This document shows, piece by piece, positions 1-5,746 of a stretch of DNA of 28,848 nt. The stretch comes from Thermoleophilaceae bacterium (GTDB lineage Bacteria; Actinomycetota; Thermoleophilia; Solirubrobacterales; Thermoleophilaceae). The stretch's first letter is position 1, and each line of letters begins with the position of its first letter. Where the stretch lies: the NCBI GenBank assembly GCA_035273245.1, contig DATEPK010000016.1, forward strand, positions 1-28,848, in the 5' to 3' direction. Both the position numbers and the translations under genes were made by a program. Below the pieces are notes generated by a model. That model ran no database searches. It was given only the letters and a program-made list of their open reading frames with translations, and was not told the DNA's origin.

Positions 1-47
1 ACTCGGACCTCGACCCGATCCGCAACCACCCGAACTATCCGAAGTAG
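1..47 (+). CDS. 3' end of an upstream gene (partial), resembling a TPR end-cap motif
   Basis: Frame 3 reads SDLDPIRNHPNYPK then TAG (45-47); resembles the DxDLxxLRxxP capping motif at the end of TPR proteins. Only 14 codons are visible. Confidence 0.45.
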   Translation, partial: SDLDPIRNHPNYPK

Positions 48-62
48 CTGCTCAGTCAACCC

Positions 63-81
63 GGTGTCGCCCAGCGACACC
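63..81. terminator. Hairpin between convergent genes, possible terminator
   Basis: GGTGTCGC-CCA-GCGACACC is a perfect 8-bp stem; no clear U-tract. Confidence 0.4.
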
Positions 82-147
82 TAAATGACACAGCACCGGC
101 GTGGCTGCCCTTATTGCTGCTGTTGGTGCCGAGCCAGGGCAGCGCGA

Positions 148-1275
148 CTAGGCAGCCGCGGCAACCGGAGCCGGCGCAGGTGTAGGCACGCCCCCCACAA
201 AAGAAGGCGGCGCGATGTTCAGGTAGTGCGAGAACGACCAGTCCACGAACCGCCGCGTGGACATCGCCACGATCGCCGGCCCGAGCACCCGCGGCGGCAC
301 GCGCGGGATGAGCAGCTGAACCCGCAGCATCGCCTCGAACTTCCGGCGGTGCGATGCGCTGAACGACGCATAACGCCGCAGCGCCTCCTCGCGCGACGCG
401 CGCCCCTCCACAACGGCCCGCAGCTCGCGCCCGCACGCGATGCCGAAGTAGAACGCCGTGCGGATCCCCTCGGCGGTCAGCGGCAGGCAGTGCCCAGCGG
501 AGTCGCCGACGAAGAACAGCCCGTCCTCGGCTGCCGGGCGCAGCTTGTGCGGAATCCAGTTGCCCTGATAGCGCACGGCGTCGCGCTCGAGGTCCGATGC
601 CAGCAGCACGGTCGTGTCCTTCACGTGGAAGCGCGGGTCGAACGAGCCCACGCCCACCCGCACCTCTTCACGCGCGGGGAAGCTCCAGCCGTAGCCGGCC
701 GGCACGTAGCGGCGGTCGATCCAGATCTCGAGGTCCGGCCCGCTGCCGTGCGGATGCACCTCGAGCCCGCGCGACAGGGGAGCGTCCGGCGGCTGAAAAC
801 CACCGGCCGACAGCACCCGCCGCCAGCCCAGAGCGTCCACGATCAGCGGCGCCGACAGGTCGCCGCGGTCCGTGTGCACGACATTGCCGCTCCGCCCGTC
901 GACCTTGGCCGTCTCAAACGACGCGTCGTTCTGCGCGTCGAGCAGCCCGCACAGCTCGCGGTAGTCGAAGGTCGAGAACGTCCACGGCAGCCGGTAGCGG
1001 CGCGTGGCGAAAGGCGTGTGAATGACGAGGTCCGGGAAGGTCTGGCGGATCGAATCCTGCAAACCCAGAGCCACGAGCCACTCGGTCGGAGCCGCGCACG
1101 CCGAGGTCTGCCGCTCGCCGATCTCGTAGCGGTCGATCATGAGTACACGCGCGCCAGAACCGGCCAGCTCGCGCGCGACCGCAAGACCTGCAAAGCTTGC
1201 GCCACAGATCAAGACGTCGAACTCCCCGGATAAGGGTGTGCGGTCCGCGCCCCTCTTGGTGCGACGCTCAGCCAT
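148..1275 (-). CDS. FAD-dependent oxidoreductase, geranylgeranyl reductase/FixC-like
   Basis: N-terminal Rossmann motif DVLICGASFAGL, GYGWSFP motif and VGDSAG..PLTAEGI FAD-binding motif. Confidence 0.85.
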   Translation of the reverse strand: MAERRTKRGADRTPLSGEFDVLICGASFAGLAVARELAGSGARVLMIDRYEIGERQTSACAAPTEWLVALGLQDSIRQTFPDLVIHTPFATRRYRLPWTFSTFDYRELCGLLDAQNDASFETAKVDGRSGNVVHTDRGDLSAPLIVDALGWRRVLSAGGFQPPDAPLSRGLEVHPHGSGPDLEIWIDRRYVPAGYGWSFPAREEVRVGVGSFDPRFHVKDTTVLLASDLERDAVRYQGNWIPHKLRPAAEDGLFFVGDSAGHCLPLTAEGIRTAFYFGIACGRELRAVVEGRASREEALRRYASFSASHRRKFEAMLRVQLLIPRVPPRVLGPAIVAMSTRRFVDWSFSHYLNIAPPSFVGGVPTPAPAPVAAAA

Positions 1276-1341
1276 CGCGGCTGAGACTACAAGCCGCGTG
1301 CGAGTGTCGCTGCTCGGACGTGCCCGCTAACCTTCGCGCCA

Positions 1342-2721
1342 GTGTCAGATACCGAAGCAGTAACTCAAGCCAAGCCAGTCGAGGGGTCAAACGGGCTGCT
1401 CCTCGAAGTAGACGGTCAGATAGTCCCCAACTACGACGCCACCCTCGTCCCCTTTGAGGAGGGCGATGTGGTCACCGGAAAGGTGGTCCGCATCGACAAG
1501 GACGAGGTGCTCGTGGACATCGGCTACAAGTCCGAGGGCGTAATCCCCTCGCACGAGCTGTCGATCCGCAAGTCGGTCGACGCCTCCGAGGAGGTCGAGC
1601 TCGGCGAGGAAGTCGACGCTCTCGTCCTCACCAAGGAGGACCAGGACGGCCGCCTCATCCTGTCGAAGAAGCGCGCCCGTTTCGAGAAGGCGTGGCGCCG
1701 CATCGAGGCTGCCGCCGAGTCCGGCGAGGCCGTGGAGGGCACCGTCATCGAGGTCGTCAAGGGCGGCCTCATCATCGATCTTGGAGTGCGCGGCTTCCTG
1801 CCCGCGTCGCTCGTGGACATCCGCCGTGTCCAGAACCTCGACGACTTCCTCGGTCAGAAGATCGAGTGCCGGGTTATCGAGCTCAACCGCTCGCGCAACA
1901 ACGTGGTGCTGAGCCGCCGCGCGGTGCTCGAGGAGGAGCGCAAGGAGCAGCGCCAGCAGATCCTCGACCGCCTGCAGCCGGGCCAGGTCGTGGAGGGCGC
2001 AATCTCCAACATCGTGGACTTCGGCGCCTTCGTCGACCTCGACGGCATCGACGGCCTCATCCACATCTCCGAGCTGTCGTGGAGCCACGTGAACCATCCG
2101 TCCGAGATTCTCAACATCGGCGACGTCGTGCCGGTGAAGGTGCTCGACATCGACCGCGACCGCCAGCGCATCTCCCTCGGTCTCAAGCAGACCCAGGAGG
2201 ACCCGTGGCAGCGCGTGATGGACACCTACCACGTGGGCGACGTGCTCGAGGGCACGGTGACGAAGGTCGTCAGCTTCGGCGCGTTTGTGGAGATCCTCGA
2301 CGGCGTTGAGGGGCTCGTGCATATCTCCGAGCTCGCCCAGCATCATGTGGAGAACCCGCGCGAGGTGGTGAACCAGGGCGACACGGTGAAGGTCCGGATC
2401 CTGGAGATCGACTCCGAGCGCCGGCGGCTTTCGCTGAGCGTCAAGCGCGTGGACGAGCAGGGGCTCCCGGGAGGCTCTGGGAGCAGCGGGTCGCCGGGCG
2501 CGGAGATCAGCGGCGCCGACCTCTCGAACGTGCCGGAGCTCGGTCTCTCCGAGGACGTCTTCTCCGGCGCGGAAGCCGAGTCCGATCCTGACGCCGAGCC
2601 GCCGGCCGCGCCGGAAGTGGCTCCGGCGGAGGAAGAGCAGGATCCCTCGGCGCCGAACGAGACGGAGGGCGATCCGGACGCAGAGCCCTCCGCCGAAGAG
2701 GCTTCCCCGCCCGCAGAGTAG
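1342..2721 (+). CDS. rpsA: 30S ribosomal protein S1
   Basis: Four S1 repeats (DIGYKSEG, DLGVRGFLPAS, FGAFVDL.GIDGLIHISELSW, FGAFVEI..GVEGLVHISEL), acidic tail, and rpsA-coaE synteny typical of Actinobacteria. Confidence 0.97.
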   Translation: MSDTEAVTQAKPVEGSNGLLLEVDGQIVPNYDATLVPFEEGDVVTGKVVRIDKDEVLVDIGYKSEGVIPSHELSIRKSVDASEEVELGEEVDALVLTKEDQDGRLILSKKRARFEKAWRRIEAAAESGEAVEGTVIEVVKGGLIIDLGVRGFLPASLVDIRRVQNLDDFLGQKIECRVIELNRSRNNVVLSRRAVLEEERKEQRQQILDRLQPGQVVEGAISNIVDFGAFVDLDGIDGLIHISELSWSHVNHPSEILNIGDVVPVKVLDIDRDRQRISLGLKQTQEDPWQRVMDTYHVGDVLEGTVTKVVSFGAFVEILDGVEGLVHISELAQHHVENPREVVNQGDTVKVRILEIDSERRRLSLSVKRVDEQGLPGGSGSSGSPGAEISGADLSNVPELGLSEDVFSGAEAESDPDAEPPAAPEVAPAEEEQDPSAPNETEGDPDAEPSAEEASPPAE

Positions 2722-2724
2722 GCA

Positions 2725-3324
2725 GTGCCCGGAGGGGCTCCGCCGTTCATCGGCCTGACCGGCGGCATGGGCGCCGGCAAGTCCACGGCGCTCGCCATGC
2801 TCGAGGAGCTGGGCGCCGCCACCCTGTCTACGGACGCGGTGGTGCACGAGCTGCTCGACAGCGACGAGGTGCGCCGCGAGCTGGTGGCGCGCTTCGGCGA
2901 GCAGGTGGCGCCGCACGGGAGGATCGACCGCGGCGTGGTTGCCACGCACGTGTTCGAGCAGCCGGATGAGCGCAAGTGGCTCGAGGGCGTTCTGTGGCCG
3001 CGCGTGGGGGAGCGGGTGGATCGCTGGCGCCGTGATGAGGCGGCGCGTGAGCCCAGGCCGCGGGCGCTCGTGGTGGAGGTGCCGCTCCTGTTCGAGGCGG
3101 GCATGGAAGGCCTGTTCGACCACACGATCGCGGTGGTCACCGACGAGGGGGCGATCGCCGAGCGAACGGCCGATCGGGGCCACGCCGGGGTGGAGTCGCG
3201 TACCTCGCGCCAGCTCTCGCAGAAGGAAAAAGCGCAGCGAGCGGAATACGTTGTACGGAACGACGGCGATCTCGAGGAGCTCCGCGTGACCTTGTCGGAC
3301 CTCCTTGAGAACATAGATCCTTGA
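2725..3324 (+). CDS. coaE: Dephospho-CoA kinase
   Basis: IGLTGGMGAGKST P-loop, D.VVHEL and EVPLLFE motifs; starts 3 nt after the rpsA stop. Confidence 0.95.
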   Translation: MPGGAPPFIGLTGGMGAGKSTALAMLEELGAATLSTDAVVHELLDSDEVRRELVARFGEQVAPHGRIDRGVVATHVFEQPDERKWLEGVLWPRVGERVDRWRRDEAAREPRPRALVVEVPLLFEAGMEGLFDHTIAVVTDEGAIAERTADRGHAGVESRTSRQLSQKEKAQRAEYVVRNDGDLEELRVTLSDLLENIDP

Positions 3325-3974
3325 GGGTGAGCACGGCATCGGCACGAACCGGGACGCGCCGCGCCACGCGGCGCCGCAGCACGCGCACGACCATTCGGCG
3401 GCGGCGCGCGGCCTTCGCGAGCGTGGTCGCCATCGCGATCGGCGTGCTCGTGGTCATGGCCGTGCGCGTCGGCCCGCACGCGGTGCAGGAGCTCACGCTC
3501 CCGCTCAAGCACGAGGACATCATCCGGCAGCAGGCGGCCGAGAAGGACCTGGACCCGGCCCTGATCGCCGCCGTGATCTACCAGGAGTCCAAGTTCCGTG
3601 ACCGGACCTCGAGTGCCGGTGCCAAGGGCCTGATGCAGCTCCTGCCCGGCACCGCGGAGTTCATCGCCCGCAAGTCGGGCGGCACGCGCTTCGAGCTCCA
3701 GGATCTCGGCACCCCGCAGATCAACATCGCATACGGCTCCTGGTACCTCCGCTATCTGATCGAGCGCTACGACGGAAACGAGACGCTGGCGGTTGCCGCC
3801 TATAACGCGGGCGAGGACAACGTCGACCGCTGGGTGTCAAAGGCCGGCGGGGCATCGAGCTTCAACCCGGTCACGGACATCCCGTATCCGGAGACGAGGG
3901 CCTACGTGGCCGGCGTGCTGAGCAAGCGCGTGGCGTACCGAAAGCACTACGCCAAAGAGCTGGGCCTGAAGTAG
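3321..3974 (+). CDS. Membrane-anchored lytic transglycosylase (SLT domain)
   Basis: Basic N-terminus plus TM helix; AVIYQES (catalytic Glu), GAKGLMQL and AAYNAG motifs; overlaps the coaE stop. Start could also be GTG 3327. Confidence 0.92.
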   Translation: MRVSTASARTGTRRATRRRSTRTTIRRRRAAFASVVAIAIGVLVVMAVRVGPHAVQELTLPLKHEDIIRQQAAEKDLDPALIAAVIYQESKFRDRTSSAGAKGLMQLLPGTAEFIARKSGGTRFELQDLGTPQINIAYGSWYLRYLIERYDGNETLAVAAYNAGEDNVDRWVSKAGGASSFNPVTDIPYPETRAYVAGVLSKRVAYRKHYAKELGLK

Positions 3975-3981
3975 CCCCGCT

Positions 3982-4015
3982 CTACGCCCTACGCCCTACT
4001 CCTTACTCCCATTCC
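3982..4015 (+). repeat. Degenerate heptamer tandem repeat
   Basis: CTACGCC CTACGCC CTACTCC TTACTCC CATTCC just after the slt stop codon. Confidence 0.7.
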
Positions 4016-4042
4016 GTACCCCAGATAAACGTCCACGCTGCC

Positions 4043-4069
4043 TAAAACGCGGGGACCTCGGGCCGAGTA
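4043..4069 (+). promoter_or_regulatory. Sigma28 (FliA/WhiG)-type promoter of the S8 peptidase
   Basis: TAAA (4043-4046)-N15-GCCGAGTA (4062-4069) versus the consensus TAAA-N15-GCCGATAA. Confidence 0.7.
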
Positions 4070-4143
4070 AGGGGTCGACCAATTTGACGTCAAGGAGGAC
4101 CGTCAGTGAAAGGTCGAACAAACCGCGGCGATCGGGGGAACCG

Positions 4144-5667
4144 ATGACCGCGAATTACGGAATCCGCTGGGACGACGGCAAGCGGATTCAGCTCACGGCG
4201 GCGCTCCTGGCGGCGCTCGTCGCACTTGCCGCGTTCGTCGGCATGAAGGCCGCGACCGACCGCTCGATGACCGATGTTGTGGTCAGCGCGCGTGCCGGCT
4301 CGGCGAACACCGCTGTTCGCTCTGTTGAAGCGCTCGGCGGCAAGGTTGGGGCTCGCATTTCCCTCATCCATGGCTTTCTGGCCAAGGTCCCTTCGGACCG
4401 GATGCAGGAGCTTCGCTCCGCCAAGGGCGTTCTGTCGGCCGTCGCCGACCGCACCGTCCACCTGTCCAGCACGAGTGATACCTCCGCCGCCGCTGTGGCG
4501 CCGGGCGCCTCGCTCGCGCAGGTCAAGCAGGAGATCGGTGCCGACAAGCTGGCCGCGCAGGGAGTGACCGGCAAGGGCGTCGACATCGCAATGATCGACT
4601 CGGGCGTCGTCCCGGTGCCCGGTCTCAACGCGACCGACAAGGTCTACGTTGGGCCGGATTTCACACCGGAGGCGGGCGACCCGGCCACGAAGGGCCTGGA
4701 CACCTACGGGCATGGCACGCACCTCGCGGGAATCATGGTGGGGAACAACCCCGCCGCGGGTTTCAGCGGCGTGGCGCCTGACGCTCGGCTCGTGTCCGTG
4801 AAGGCGTCAACGCACGATGGCTCCACCAACCTCGGCGAGCTTCTGCTCGCGATGAGCTGGGTGGTCAGCCACCGTCACCAGGACGGCCTCAACATCCGCG
4901 TGCTCAACCTCTCGTTCGGCTCTGAGCTGGACGTGAGCTACGTCGCCGATCCGCTCGCATTCGCGGCGGAGCAGGCGTGGAAATACGGCATCGTGGTTGT
5001 GGCCGCAGCAGGTAACGGCAACGACATCCCCGGGCTCGACACGCCGGCCGCCGACCCGTATGTGGTCTCGGTGGGCGCCTCGGCCATGGGGCAGACGTCC
5101 GCGCTCAGTGACGACTCGGTACCGAGCTGGTCCCGGGTCGGCAACTCGACGCGGGCCCCCGATGTGGTCGCTCCGGGCACTTCGCTCGTGAGCCTCCGCG
5201 ACCCGGGGTCGTACGTCGATCAGAATCACCCGGAGGGCCTCGTAGGCACGGACTACTTCAAGGGCAGCGGCACCTCGCAGGCCGCCGCCGTTGTGTCCGG
5301 AGCTGCGGCTCTCCTCATCCAGCAGGACCCGAACCTGAGGCCAGATCAGGTGAAGGCCATGCTGGTGGGAGGCGCCGACCAGGTGCCGACCGCAAGCCAG
5401 CTCGACGAGGGGGCTGGGCAGATCGATCTCTCGCGCGCATCGGCAATGCCGGTGCCCACCGCCGCCCAGCATTGGCCGGCGGCGAGCCTGATGGCGATTC
5501 TCAATGCGAATCGCTCTGAGGACGTGACGGTCGACCCGGGTGGAACCGGGAGCAACCTGTCGGCCAACCGCTGGTCCGCGAACCGCTGGTCCGCGAACCG
5601 TTGGTCCGCCAACAGGTGGTCGGCCAACCGCTGGTCGGACAGCTCGTGGGGAGATACCACGGGCTAG
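4144..5667 (+). CDS. Exported S8 (subtilisin-like) serine peptidase with C-terminal (SANRW)5 repeats
   Basis: Hydrophobic N-terminal signal/anchor and I9-like propeptide; catalytic IAMIDSG (Asp), GHGTHLAG (His), AAAGN (oxyanion Asn) and GSGTSQA (Ser). ATG 4144 preferred over TTG 4084. Confidence 0.93.
   Translation: MTANYGIRWDDGKRIQLTAALLAALVALAAFVGMKAATDRSMTDVVVSARAGSANTAVRSVEALGGKVGARISLIHGFLAKVPSDRMQELRSAKGVLSAVADRTVHLSSTSDTSAAAVAPGASLAQVKQEIGADKLAAQGVTGKGVDIAMIDSGVVPVPGLNATDKVYVGPDFTPEAGDPATKGLDTYGHGTHLAGIMVGNNPAAGFSGVAPDARLVSVKASTHDGSTNLGELLLAMSWVVSHRHQDGLNIRVLNLSFGSELDVSYVADPLAFAAEQAWKYGIVVVAAAGNGNDIPGLDTPAADPYVVSVGASAMGQTSALSDDSVPSWSRVGNSTRAPDVVAPGTSLVSLRDPGSYVDQNHPEGLVGTDYFKGSGTSQAAAVVSGAAALLIQQDPNLRPDQVKAMLVGGADQVPTASQLDEGAGQIDLSRASAMPVPTAAQHWPAASLMAILNANRSEDVTVDPGGTGSNLSANRWSANRWSANRWSANRWSANRWSDSSWGDTTG
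5560..5649 (+). repeat. Five 15-nt coding repeats (SANRW) plus one degenerate unit (SDSSW)
   Basis: tcggccaaccgctgg / tccgcgaaccgctgg / tccgcgaaccgttgg / tccgccaacaggtgg / tcggccaaccgctgg / tcggacagctcgtgg; differences among the first five are all synonymous. Confidence 0.95.
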
Positions 5668-5703
5668 CGCCACGGATTCGGGGAAACGGGCGCTCCGCCG
5701 TCA

Positions 5704-5730
5704 TAAAGCGGGGCGCCCGGACTCCGATCA
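5704..5730 (+). promoter_or_regulatory. Sigma28-type promoter of the GGDEF-EAL gene
   Basis: TAAA (5704-5707)-N15-TCCGATCA (5723-5730), 16 nt before GTG 5747. Confidence 0.6.
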
Positions 5731-5746
5731 CCGAGAAGAGGTCTGG

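Noticed and set aside
85..1233. 382-aa plus-strand ORF and other long antisense or alternative-frame ORFs (e.g. 1387-3345, 8029-9351, 10917-12317, 18684-20597, 25195-26397)
   Set aside because: Shadows of well-supported genes caused by GC-rich codon bias; no recognisable motifs.
5560..5649. 15-nt repeats as a CRISPR array
   Set aside because: No spacers, units are in frame with only synonymous variation, and there are no cas genes.
5540..5746. N-terminal extension of the 918-aa ORF (PRTAG repeats)
   Set aside because: It is the alternative frame of the SANRW repeats; a promoter and RBS support GTG 5747.
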